64,000 nt of DNA from NCBI GenBank assembly GCA_049519355.1, contig JBEKQV010000002.1, forward strand, positions 67,479 to 131,478, written 5' to 3'. The notes beneath the pieces are model-generated. The model saw only the letters and a list, made by a program, of their open reading frames with translations. It was not told the origin of the DNA and did no database searches. This DNA comes from Candidatus Microgenomates bacterium (GTDB lineage Bacteria > Patescibacteriota > Microgenomatia > UBA8517). Each line of letters begins with the position of its first letter. The first letter of the stretch is position 1. Of the stretch, positions 16,691 to 26,335 are shown piece after piece. Made by a program: the position numbers and the translations under genes.

Positions 16691-19603
16691 TCAACGAAGG
16701 TATGCTCCTGTATATGAAGCTCTATTTTTTGCAATATCACTGGGTCTTCCTGTAGCCACCACTTTTCCTCCGGCATCTCCCCCTTCAGGACCTAAATCAA
16801 TCACCCAATCGCTATTTTTAATTACATCCAAATTATGCTCAATAATAAAGACGCTGTTACCTTTTTGGACGAGAAGCCTCAAAACATTCATCAACTTTTC
16901 GACATCGGCAAAATGCAGTCCTGTTGTCGGTTCGTCCAGAATATAAACAGTTCTCCCGGTTGCCTTTCTTGAAAGTTCGGTTGCCAATTTAACCCTTTGC
17001 GCCTCACCGCCCGAAAGTGTAGTTGCCGCCTGGCCCAATTCCATGTAGCCAAGCCCGACAAGCGAAAGTGTTTCAAGTTTGGCCTCGATTTGAGGATGGG
17101 CGTGGAAAAATTCCAGTGCTTCATCGACAGTCATAGCCAAAACATCCGCAATGCTTTTTCCTCTATATAAAACTTCCAATGTTTGCTGGTTATAACGTTT
17201 ACCGTGACAAACATCACAGGTTATCCAAATATCACTCATAAATTGCATCTCTATCTTTATTTGACCCTGGCCTTCACAAGCCTCACACCTTCCGCCTCTG
17301 ACATTAAACGAAAATCTTCCTTTCTTATAACCCGCAGCCCTGGCGTCACGTGTTGAGGTATATACGTCGCGTATAGGATCAAAAACCCCCGTATATGTTG
17401 CAGGGTTGCTCCTTGGGGTTCGCCCAATCGGACTTTGGTCAATTAGAATTACTTTGTCGACGTTTTCCAACCCTTCCAAATTTCTATATCCTCCAGGCTC
17501 ACCCCTATATATAGGGTTTAACTCTTTTTGCAACGCCGGATATAGCGTTTCTACTAGAAGAGTGGATTTACCGGATCCGGAAACTCCGGTTATTGCCACA
17601 AGCTTTCCCAATGGAAGTTCAACATCAATATTTTTCAGATTATATTGATTGCATCCTTTAATTTTTAGGGCACCGTGACCTCCGATTGTCAGTTGCTGAT
17701 TGGATATCTCTATTTTTTTCTTGCCAGACAAGTATTTGCCTGTAATTGATTTTGGATTTTCCTCAATTTGCTTCGGAGTGCCTGTTGCGACAACCTCCCC
17801 TCCGTGCTTTCCGGCTCCAGGCCCAAAATCGACAATATAGTCGCTCTGCTTCATCATTGTTGCGTCGTGTTCAACAACTGTAACGGTATTTCCTAAATCC
17901 CTAAGGTTCTTTAACGTATCTATAAGTTTTTGGTCATCTCTTGGATGAAGCCCAATTGTGGGTTCATCAAGAACATACAAAACTCCTGTTAAACCGGAGC
18001 CTATTTGGCTTGCAAGCCTTATTCTTTGGGCTTCCCCGCCGGAAAGTGAACCTGCAACTCTATTTAAGGTTAAATACTCCAAGCCGACCGAAATTAAAAA
18101 CTTAAGTCGACCCAAGATTTCTTTAATAATTAGCCGGGAAATTTCTTTTTCCCTGGTATTTGTGACCGGAGTTTGACTTAATGAGTTTACCCATTCAATT
18201 GCTTTTATTATTGAATAATCGGTAACCTCGGCAACTGAAAGACCGCCGATTGTTATGGAAAGAGCCTCTTTTTTAAGCCTGGTCCCGTTACATTCCGGGC
18301 AAATCTTCTCTCTCATGTATTTCCTAATCTCTTCTTTTACCCAGTCGCTATCCGACTCCGCGTACCTTCTCTCCAATTCGCTTACAAATCCGGTAAAGCT
18401 TTCCCAAATATAAGTCTCGCGGCCGAACCTGTTCGTCCCATAAACGTGGTACTGTTTTGTTCCGGTTCCTTCCAATAAAATATTTTTTTCTTTATCGCCG
18501 AATTCTTTGATAGGCTTCCTCATGTCGATACTGTTCTCTTCACACATTTGTTTAACCAATCTTCCGTACCATGTTTCTCGCTCAAACATATTGGCAAAAG
18601 GTAATATTCCGCCTTCCATAATGGTTAGTTCAGGAGAGAATACGAGTTCCGGGGCAACTTTAAGAATTTTTCCCAACCCCGTGCAAGTCGGACAGGCTCC
18701 CTGAGGAGAATTAAAAGAAAAACTTCTGGGTTCAATTTCGGGGAGGCTTATATTATCGACCGGACACGCAAACCTTTCCGAAAAGAGATGATTCTCAAAT
18801 TTTTTGGGGTATGTAGGCATGGTAAACTCTTTATCAAGAACCTGTGCCAAAACAACCATGCCTTCGGCCAAATTAAGAGCTTGCTGAATCGAATCGGCAA
18901 GTCTGCTCTTTAAATTATCATAAAAAACTTTGTCTTTAATGTTTGCGGGGGAAACACTGAGCCTGTCTATAACTGCCTCAATTGTGTGTTTATTGGTTTT
19001 AATTAAAACCAAATCTTCCGATAGATCATGAATATAGCCGTCAATTCTAACCTGTCTGTAGCCTTTTGACTTTAAATTTTCAAAAAGTTGGGAAAATTCT
19101 CCTTTTCGCGCTTCAACCATCGGCGAAAGAATCAAAAACCAGGCTTTTTTATCTTTATTGGCGGTTTCCGTTATCAAATTAAGTGATTGGTCGACAATTT
19201 GATCCAAAGTTTGATGAGAAATTTCTCTTCCGCAAACTGGACAATGAGGATGACCGATTCGGGCAAAAAGAAGCCTTAAATAATCATAAATTTCCGTAAC
19301 CGTTCCGACAGTTGAACGTGGGTTATGAGATGTTGTCTTCTGATCGATTGAAATTGCCGGAGAAAGTCCTTCAATCGTATCAACATCAGGCTTTTCCATA
19401 ATCCCCAAGAATTGGCGTGCGTAGCTTGAAAGCGATTCAACATATCTTCTTTGACCTTCGGCATAGAGTGTGTCGAAAGCCAAAGAGCTTTTCCCACTGC
19501 CGGAAACGCCCGTAAGAACGACTAATTTGTTCTTGGGAATATCAAGGTCAATATTTTTGAGATTGTGCTGTCTTGCACCCCGTATTTTAATTGCGTTTTC
19601 CAA
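16691..19603 (-). CDS. uvrA: Excinuclease ABC subunit A
   Basis: Two ABC ATPase modules (GVSGSGKS, LSGGEAQR), zinc fingers, TTG start. Confidence 0.98.
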   Translation of the reverse strand: MENAIKIRGARQHNLKNIDLDIPKNKLVVLTGVSGSGKSSLAFDTLYAEGQRRYVESLSSYARQFLGIMEKPDVDTIEGLSPAISIDQKTTSHNPRSTVGTVTEIYDYLRLLFARIGHPHCPVCGREISHQTLDQIVDQSLNLITETANKDKKAWFLILSPMVEARKGEFSQLFENLKSKGYRQVRIDGYIHDLSEDLVLIKTNKHTIEAVIDRLSVSPANIKDKVFYDNLKSRLADSIQQALNLAEGMVVLAQVLDKEFTMPTYPKKFENHLFSERFACPVDNISLPEIEPRSFSFNSPQGACPTCTGLGKILKVAPELVFSPELTIMEGGILPFANMFERETWYGRLVKQMCEENSIDMRKPIKEFGDKEKNILLEGTGTKQYHVYGTNRFGRETYIWESFTGFVSELERRYAESDSDWVKEEIRKYMREKICPECNGTRLKKEALSITIGGLSVAEVTDYSIIKAIEWVNSLSQTPVTNTREKEISRLIIKEILGRLKFLISVGLEYLTLNRVAGSLSGGEAQRIRLASQIGSGLTGVLYVLDEPTIGLHPRDDQKLIDTLKNLRDLGNTVTVVEHDATMMKQSDYIVDFGPGAGKHGGEVVATGTPKQIEENPKSITGKYLSGKKKIEISNQQLTIGGHGALKIKGCNQYNLKNIDVELPLGKLVAITGVSGSGKSTLLVETLYPALQKELNPIYRGEPGGYRNLEGLENVDKVILIDQSPIGRTPRSNPATYTGVFDPIRDVYTSTRDARAAGYKKGRFSFNVRGGRCEACEGQGQIKIEMQFMSDIWITCDVCHGKRYNQQTLEVLYRGKSIADVLAMTVDEALEFFHAHPQIEAKLETLSLVGLGYMELGQAATTLSGGEAQRVKLATELSRKATGRTVYILDEPTTGLHFADVEKLMNVLRLLVQKGNSVFIIEHNLDVIKNSDWVIDLGPEGGDAGGKVVATGRPSDIAKNRASYTGAYLR

Positions 19604-19731
19604 ACAATGTTTCCGCCGGTTTTATCCGGTGGATTAAACATTATACCACAGGCTCAAAGTTGTATAATCCGCATATGAAAGAAAACTAGAATCTATTACG
19701 TCCGCTTACACACCGATACATACCAGGTGAT

Positions 19732-19992
19732 ATGACTTTGGAACAACTTGCCGATAACCCACTCCTTCTAAAAGAAACAAACATCGCCGGGATGGACGGT
19801 GAAGACAAAACTGAACTTCAGATGTCTCTTAGAACTTTATCGGGAAAATTTGACTGTATTTCAAATCTAAGAAAAGAGCTTGTTTCTAACCCAGGTAGCC
19901 TCGGTTTGGAAAAAAATCTAACCAAGGCCTTACTTGTTCTTCTTGTAGATCGCAGAAGCGCAGGCGAATACCGGCCAACACAGTCTACCTAA
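19732..19992 (+). CDS. Hypothetical protein (possibly interrupted, see findings)
   Basis: Only ORF between uvrA and uvrB. An in-frame upstream ATG at 19675 is separated by one TAG. Confidence 0.45.
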   Translation: MTLEQLADNPLLLKETNIAGMDGEDKTELQMSLRTLSGKFDCISNLRKELVSNPGSLGLEKNLTKALLVLLVDRRSAGEYRPTQST

Positions 19993-19999
19993 CCCGTTT

Positions 20000-22021
20000 T
20001 TATTCTATTTCTCTAATTTTATCCCTAATTTCCGCCGCAAGTTCAAAGTTGAGATCTTGGGCGGCAAGACGCATTTCGGTTTGAAGGTTTTTAATCAGTC
20101 GCTTTTTCTCCATAGGAGTCATCGCATCAACTTCCAAATGAGGAAGACTTGCATAAACAGGTTCTTTTGACCCGAAAAGCCAGGGGGCACGTTCGTCCGA
20201 TTCGCGTTCAGTCAATTTCTCACGGATTGGCTTAGTAACACTCACCGGGGTTATATTGTGTTTTTTATTGTATGCAACTTGGTACTTACGCCTTCTTCTT
20301 ACCTCGGAGAGTGCTCTCTCCATGGATCCCGTCACTTTATCGGCATACATAATTACACGTCCCTCAACGTGTCTTGCGGCCCTACCCATCGTTTGAATAA
20401 GCGTTACGTCACTTCGCAGGAAGCCTTCTTTGTCCGCATCAAGTATTGCCACCAAACTTACTTCGGGCAAGTCTAACCCTTCTCTAAGAAGGTTAATTCC
20501 TACAAGAACGTCATACTTTCCGTTTCTTAAATCATCAAGAATATCGGTTCTATCAAGTGTGGCCACGTCAGAATGCAAATATTGGACTTTCAGACCTTGC
20601 TCATTCAAATATGTTGTCAAATCTTCGGCTGTACGTTTTGTAAGAGTCGTAACGAGTGTTCTTTGTTTTTTAGCCGTAACTTTTTTGATTTCTTCGATAA
20701 CGTCGGCAACTTGATTTTTAACAGGCCTAACCTCAACCAAAGGATCCGGAATACCGGTAGGACGGACCAAAAGCTCCACGGTTTTACCTCCGCTCATACT
20801 TATCTCCCATTCATTAGGAGTTGCGGAGCTGGCAATAAAATTGGGAATCCTGCGCATAAACTCCTCGAATCTTAAAGGCCTGTTGTCAAGTGCAGAAGGA
20901 AGCCGAAAGCCGTAATCGATCAATGTTTGTTTCCTAGCCAAGTCTCCGTTAAACATCCCGCGAATCTGGGGAAAAGTCATATGCGATTCATCAACCATAA
21001 GAAGCCACTTATCTTTGTAGGGCTCATTAAAGTAATCCAAAAGAGAATAGGGCGGGTCTCCCGGGCTTCTGCCGTCAAAATACCTGGAATAGTTTTCAAT
21101 TCCTTTGACATAACCAACTTCCTGAATCATTTCAAGATCATAGGTAACTTTTTGAGCTATTCTATGGGCTTCCAAAAGTTTCCCTTCTTTCTTAAGTTGA
21201 GCAACACGGACAACCAAATCGCTTCTTATATGGTCAAAGGCGTCATTATAAGTTGAAGGGTTTGTCATAAAATGTTTTGCCGGATAAAGAATAAATTTCG
21301 TCGGGTCAAAACCCTCTTTCTTTTCGACTTTGGTGCCGCTTGCCGCGTTAATCATTTCAACTTTATTTATTGAATTTTCGCCAAATTCAATGTGAACACC
21401 CTCGTCAAGATATGCCGGGTAAACGTCGACCGCATTACCGCGAACCCTGAAAGTGCCGCGGTTAAATCCGAAGTCGCTTCTTTCATACTGAAGATCAACA
21501 ATCCTATCGATAATTTGCTCACGGGCAATCTTCATCCCTTCAGCAAATTCCAAAACAAAATGCCCGTATTCACGGGGTGAACCGATGTTATATATACACG
21601 AAACCGAGGCAATAACAATGGTGTCACTCCTAGTCAAAAGATTGGTAGTCGCGGCAAGACGGAGCTTGTCTATAGTTTCATTTATATCGGCATCTTTTTC
21701 TATATATGTATCGGTGGAAGGAATATAAGCCTCAGGTTGATAAAAATCATAGTAAGAAACAAAATAACTGACAGCGTTACCTGGAAAGAAATCTCTTAAT
21801 TCCTGATAAAGTTGTGCGGCGAGTGTTTTATTGTGAGAAATAATAAGCGTTGGCCGCTGGACATTCTGAATAACGTTAGCCATTGTAAAAGTCTTACCGG
21901 AACCGGTTACTCCTAATAGTGTCTGATATTTTTCGCCATGCAAAACGCGCTGGGTAAGTGTTTCAACAGCTTTTTTTTGATCAGGAATCGGTTCAAATTT
22001 GGACTCGAGTTTAAATTCCAT
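20000..22021 (-). CDS. uvrB: Excinuclease ABC subunit B
   Basis: GVTGSGKT, YYDFYQPEAY, DESH, UVR domain. Confidence 0.98.
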   Translation of the reverse strand: MEFKLESKFEPIPDQKKAVETLTQRVLHGEKYQTLLGVTGSGKTFTMANVIQNVQRPTLIISHNKTLAAQLYQELRDFFPGNAVSYFVSYYDFYQPEAYIPSTDTYIEKDADINETIDKLRLAATTNLLTRSDTIVIASVSCIYNIGSPREYGHFVLEFAEGMKIAREQIIDRIVDLQYERSDFGFNRGTFRVRGNAVDVYPAYLDEGVHIEFGENSINKVEMINAASGTKVEKKEGFDPTKFILYPAKHFMTNPSTYNDAFDHIRSDLVVRVAQLKKEGKLLEAHRIAQKVTYDLEMIQEVGYVKGIENYSRYFDGRSPGDPPYSLLDYFNEPYKDKWLLMVDESHMTFPQIRGMFNGDLARKQTLIDYGFRLPSALDNRPLRFEEFMRRIPNFIASSATPNEWEISMSGGKTVELLVRPTGIPDPLVEVRPVKNQVADVIEEIKKVTAKKQRTLVTTLTKRTAEDLTTYLNEQGLKVQYLHSDVATLDRTDILDDLRNGKYDVLVGINLLREGLDLPEVSLVAILDADKEGFLRSDVTLIQTMGRAARHVEGRVIMYADKVTGSMERALSEVRRRRKYQVAYNKKHNITPVSVTKPIREKLTERESDERAPWLFGSKEPVYASLPHLEVDAMTPMEKKRLIKNLQTEMRLAAQDLNFELAAEIRDKIREIE

Positions 22022-22092
22022 ATCTATATTTTATCATTATATGAACAAAAATCATTTCGTAAAATGTTTGGTTTTGATACAAAAAGTTCCAG

Positions 22093-22121
22093 TTGACTAA
22101 TTCGGGTTTTGTTTGTATAAA
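22093..22121 (+). promoter_or_regulatory. lexA promoter
   Basis: TTGACT-17-TATAAA, 5 nt before ATG. Confidence 0.65.
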
Positions 22122-22126
22122 AAAGT

Positions 22127-22750
22127 ATGGCACTTATAGTTTACAAAAGGCAACGACAGATCCTGGGTTTTATAAAACAGTTTATCCAGTCTAACGGAAC
22201 CGCACCAACCTTGAAGCAGATTGCCGGCGCCATTGGCGTCTCCTCTCTTGCGACGGTTCATGAACACCTTCAGGCATTAGAGGCAAAGGGTTTAATCAAA
22301 AGAAAAGCAGGCAAGATCCGTTCGATTGAGCTCGAAGAGAGCAAAATCAATTTCGGTAAACCAGAAGGCTTTGATGCGCCCATTCTTGGTTTCATAGCAG
22401 CAGGCGCGCCTATCGAACCTTACACCGACCCCAACGCCACAATGAATATCCCTGCAGCTTTCGTTACCGGCAAAAAAAGAACTTATGTGCTCCAGGTACG
22501 TGGTGAATCAATGATTGAAGACGGAATAATGGATGGCGATCATGTAATTATCGAACAGGCGGAAGCGGCAAACAACGGTGAAATTGTTGTCGCACTACTC
22601 GATAACGGCATGGCTACCCTTAAAAGATTTTTCAGAGAAACGACAAGAATAAGGCTTGAACCGGCTAATGCCAAGATGCAACCAATTTTTGTTAAAAATG
22701 TGAGAATTCAAGGGCGTGTAGTCGGATTGGTAAGAAGATATCAGAACTAA
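22127..22750 (+). CDS. lexA: LexA repressor
   Basis: wHTH, Ala-Gly cleavage site (IAAG), GESM Ser and TLKR Lys. Confidence 0.96.
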   Translation: MALIVYKRQRQILGFIKQFIQSNGTAPTLKQIAGAIGVSSLATVHEHLQALEAKGLIKRKAGKIRSIELEESKINFGKPEGFDAPILGFIAAGAPIEPYTDPNATMNIPAAFVTGKKRTYVLQVRGESMIEDGIMDGDHVIIEQAEAANNGEIVVALLDNGMATLKRFFRETTRIRLEPANAKMQPIFVKNVRIQGRVVGLVRRYQN

Positions 22751-22751
22751 T

Positions 22752-23375
22752 CTACTTCTTGTATTTTTTTATGTGCCTGTAAATATAGGCAACCACAGCA
22801 ATAATAATCAATCCTATAATTACAAATTGAAACTTACGGAAGAAAGGTTCCACTGCCGTCCAATTTTGGCCAAGTTTAAGGCCTAAATATGCCAATACCG
22901 CAGACCATAGAAGCGACCCTATAAACGTATATATTGCAAACTTTTTGGAGTCCATTTTGGAAATTCCGGCAGGAAGGGAAATGAATGTGCGAACAATCGG
23001 GAGTAGGCGAGACCCGAAAGTAATTCCTTGACCATACTTCTTAAACCACTTAAGTGCCGTATTAAAATCATCTTCATGGACAAGAAGCCATTTTCCCCAC
23101 TTTCTAATTGATTTTCTAATCCACTGCTCCCCCATCGCTCTCCCCAACCAAAATGAAAGAAGTGAACCCGTTAAATTTCCTACAGTCCCAATAATAATCA
23201 CAAACCATATATTAAGAACTCCCAGCCCGCACAAAAAACCTGCGAAAGTCATTGTCACTTCAGAAGGAATGGGGATCAGAGCAGATTCAGCTGTCATTAG
23301 TAGAAATACGGCAAAATACCCATACGAAGAAATAAATGATGTTAAATGCCCAACAAGAGACGTTGTAGTGTTCAT
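22752..23375 (-). CDS. DedA family membrane protein
   Basis: ESALIPIPSE, RLLPIVRTFISLPAG. Confidence 0.93.
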   Translation of the reverse strand: MNTTTSLVGHLTSFISSYGYFAVFLLMTAESALIPIPSEVTMTFAGFLCGLGVLNIWFVIIIGTVGNLTGSLLSFWLGRAMGEQWIRKSIRKWGKWLLVHEDDFNTALKWFKKYGQGITFGSRLLPIVRTFISLPAGISKMDSKKFAIYTFIGSLLWSAVLAYLGLKLGQNWTAVEPFFRKFQFVIIGLIIIAVVAYIYRHIKKYKK

Positions 23376-23393
23376 TCCGGAAAATTATACAAT

Positions 23394-25061
23394 CTAAGCC
23401 TTATTTTGTGAATCAAGTAAATTTCTACCCGTCATTGTTGAAGGAACTTCAAGACCTAGAATTTTTAAAACCGTTGGGGCAACATCGGCAAGTATTCCTG
23501 AACTAATTATTTGGGGGTTGTTTGCAACGGTTTTCGACAAAACTATAAAAGGCACGGGGCTGGAATTGTGTTCGGTATCGATTGTCCCTGTCGCCGTATC
23601 TATCATGACCTCAGCATTACCGTGGTCACCGGTTATTATCATTACCCCATCATTCGCAATTACCCAAGCACTTAATTTTCCAAGACATTCGTCAACAACA
23701 TCGCATGCTTTAACCGCCGCGCCAATATTGCCGGTGTGTCCCACCATGTCCGCGTTAGCGTAATTAATCAAAATAAATTTATAATCCGGAGTTTCCTGAA
23801 GCCTCTTTAACAAGAATTCTGTCATAGGAATAGCGCTCATTTCAGGCATTAAATCGTAAGTTGCAACTTTTGGGGAAGGAACTATCAATCTGTCCTCTCC
23901 GTCAAACGCAATTTCCTGCTGTCCGTTAAAGTAGAACGTTACAAATCTTTCTTTTTCACTTTCGGCAACTCTCAACTGTCGATAGCCCGCCTCAGAAATC
24001 GCCCGCCCCAACGGCAACTGAACAACTTCGGGTGGAAACGCGACTTTTGCTCCGGCATCAACGATAGCTTTTTCGTATTCGGTCATAGAAACAAAAAATA
24101 AATTGGGTATTCTGGGTCCCCTTTCGAAAGGTTCCGACGGTGGCCCAAGCGAGGACGCCAAATGTGACTTCTGATATTTAACAAGATAGGGGTCAAAACC
24201 AGCAGTAAAATTAGCTTTAGTAAAGTCCTCAAAAACAAAGGCCCTAGAAAGTTGTCTAGGTCTATCAATTCTAAAATTGAAAAAAATGACCGAATCATTA
24301 TCTTTGATTAACGAAAGCGGTTTCCCATCGCTACCTGCAATAAGACAGGGGTCGATAAATTCATCCGTTTTACCTTGAGAGTACGATAAATCTACAGCTT
24401 CTTCGGGAGTTTTAAATAAATTTCCGATACCTTTGGTCAACGCAAAATACGCCTTAGAAGTACGGTCCCAACGGTAATCTCTATCCATCGCCCAATACCT
24501 TCCCATTATGGATGCAATTTGCCCCACACCTTCCCTGGCAATAACCTGTTTCAATTGTTCTATGTAGGTTTTTGCCGATGTAGGAGGGGAATCTCTTCCG
24601 TCGGTAAAAACATGCAAAAATACGCGGTTAAACTCATGTTTCTTTGCAAGTTCGATAAGAGCATAAAGGTGTTCAATATTGCTATGTACTCCGCCCGCCC
24701 CAATCAAACCCATTAGGTGAAGATTACTATTATTAGTGCGTGCGTGGTCAATAGCTCCAATAAGAGCCTGATTTTGATAGAACGTGCCGTCAGCAATACT
24801 TAGGTTAATTCTTAATAAATCTTGATAAACGATTCGGCCCGCTCCAAGGTTAAGGTGCCCCGTTTCGGTATTCCCGACTTCCCCCCTGGGAAGCCCTACT
24901 GCTTCTCCCGAAGCTTCCAAAATAGTATGAGGGTACGATGCTGCAAATCTATCCATATTGGGTGTTTCAGCCTGTTTAATTGCGTTTCCAGGTCCCTCTG
25001 CAGCAACTCCCCAACCGTCAAGCACTACCAGCATGACAAATTTTGGAGGGTTATGATCCAT
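23394..25061 (-). CDS. gpmI: 2,3-BPG-independent phosphoglycerate mutase
   Basis: LDGWG, GNTETGH, DGRD, DMVGHTG, DHGN. Confidence 0.96.
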   Translation of the reverse strand: MDHNPPKFVMLVVLDGWGVAAEGPGNAIKQAETPNMDRFAASYPHTILEASGEAVGLPRGEVGNTETGHLNLGAGRIVYQDLLRINLSIADGTFYQNQALIGAIDHARTNNSNLHLMGLIGAGGVHSNIEHLYALIELAKKHEFNRVFLHVFTDGRDSPPTSAKTYIEQLKQVIAREGVGQIASIMGRYWAMDRDYRWDRTSKAYFALTKGIGNLFKTPEEAVDLSYSQGKTDEFIDPCLIAGSDGKPLSLIKDNDSVIFFNFRIDRPRQLSRAFVFEDFTKANFTAGFDPYLVKYQKSHLASSLGPPSEPFERGPRIPNLFFVSMTEYEKAIVDAGAKVAFPPEVVQLPLGRAISEAGYRQLRVAESEKERFVTFYFNGQQEIAFDGEDRLIVPSPKVATYDLMPEMSAIPMTEFLLKRLQETPDYKFILINYANADMVGHTGNIGAAVKACDVVDECLGKLSAWVIANDGVMIITGDHGNAEVMIDTATGTIDTEHNSSPVPFIVLSKTVANNPQIISSGILADVAPTVLKILGLEVPSTMTGRNLLDSQNKA

Positions 25062-25062
25062 T

Positions 25063-26331
25063 TTAAGTAATTCTTGAAAGCTCTGTCTCTATTGTGGAAA
25101 GACGGTTGTATTTGGCTACACGTTCACCTCTTGCAGGGGCGCCAAACTTAGCATAATCGGCGGAAATTCCAACACTAAAATCGGCAATAAAACTATCGTT
25201 CGTCTCTCCCGAACGGTGCGATGCAATAATGCGCCAACCTGCATCTCTTGCCATTTTAACAACCCTCAAGGTTTCCGTAACGGTACCTATCTGGTTAGGT
25301 TTAACCAATACCGCATTACAGGCTTTTTCCTTGATAGCCTTTTCCACGCGTTTAGGATTGGTTGCCAGTAGATCATCACCGACTATGGTTACACTCTGAG
25401 AAAGTTCTCCTGAGAGATTCTCCCAAGCATTCCAAGCATCCTCCTGATACGGATCTTCCAAAATAGCCAACTTATACTGATCACACAAGGATTTATAAAA
25501 ATCAAGAAATTGACTGTCATCCATTCCCGAGGAACGGTCTTTTATTAAATATTCACCATCTTTATAAAAACTATTTGCCGCAACATCCAATCCCAAAAAG
25601 ACATCTCTGCCGAGCGAATATTTAGTCTTTCGTATAGATTCGATGAATACTTCGAAAGCGTCGGAGTTTGTAAAGAGATTTGGAGCGTAACCTCCTTCAT
25701 CTCCAACGGAATGGATCGCACCTCTATGGGCAAGGGTTTCACCGATTGTTAAATAAATTTCAACACCCATTTCAAGTCCATCCGAAAATTTTTTCGACGT
25801 TGCCGGTATAACCCAAAACTCCTGAAAATCCAGATTTCCGGCTCCATGCTTTCCACCGTTTATCATATTAAAAAGAGGTGTCGGCATCTTTACTGTTTGC
25901 GTAATTCCCGCTTTCGATGCTAAGCCGAAAACCCACGCGTATAGAGCTTGGCCCGTACTTACGGCACCGCTTTTTGTTACCACTTCCGAAACGGAAAGTA
26001 TTGCATTCGCGCCATATTTTGACTTATTTTCGGTTCCGTCAATACTAATAAGCTTTCCGTCAATTTCAGCCTGATTGGTTGGGTCCATCCCAACTACCGC
26101 AGGTCCCAAAACCGAATTTACATTATTCACGGCCTTCAAAACTCCTAACCCAAGGTATCTATTAGAGTCTCCGTCTCTAAGCTCCAATGCCTCATGGGTA
26201 CCGGTGGAAGTTCCTGCAGGAACTGAGGAAACGGAGATTTGCCCCGTGTCCAGAAGGCATGCAGTTTCAACCGTAGGAATACTTCTGGAATCCAATATTT
26301 CTCTAGCCCAAATATGTTTAATTTTACTCAT
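25063..26331 (-). CDS. eno: Enolase
   Basis: EILDSR, INGGKH, VGDEGG, KPNQIG, SHRSGET. Confidence 0.97.
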   Translation of the reverse strand: MSKIKHIWAREILDSRSIPTVETACLLDTGQISVSSVPAGTSTGTHEALELRDGDSNRYLGLGVLKAVNNVNSVLGPAVVGMDPTNQAEIDGKLISIDGTENKSKYGANAILSVSEVVTKSGAVSTGQALYAWVFGLASKAGITQTVKMPTPLFNMINGGKHGAGNLDFQEFWVIPATSKKFSDGLEMGVEIYLTIGETLAHRGAIHSVGDEGGYAPNLFTNSDAFEVFIESIRKTKYSLGRDVFLGLDVAANSFYKDGEYLIKDRSSGMDDSQFLDFYKSLCDQYKLAILEDPYQEDAWNAWENLSGELSQSVTIVGDDLLATNPKRVEKAIKEKACNAVLVKPNQIGTVTETLRVVKMARDAGWRIIASHRSGETNDSFIADFSVGISADYAKFGAPARGERVAKYNRLSTIETELSRIT

Positions 26332-26335
26332 AGAC

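Noticed and set aside
22040-22126. LexA box between uvrB and lexA; TAATTCGG shared with the island leader (~4120-4127)
   Set aside because: No canonical CTGT-N8-ACAG or GAAC-N4-GTTC, and one 8-mer match is too weak without motif discovery.
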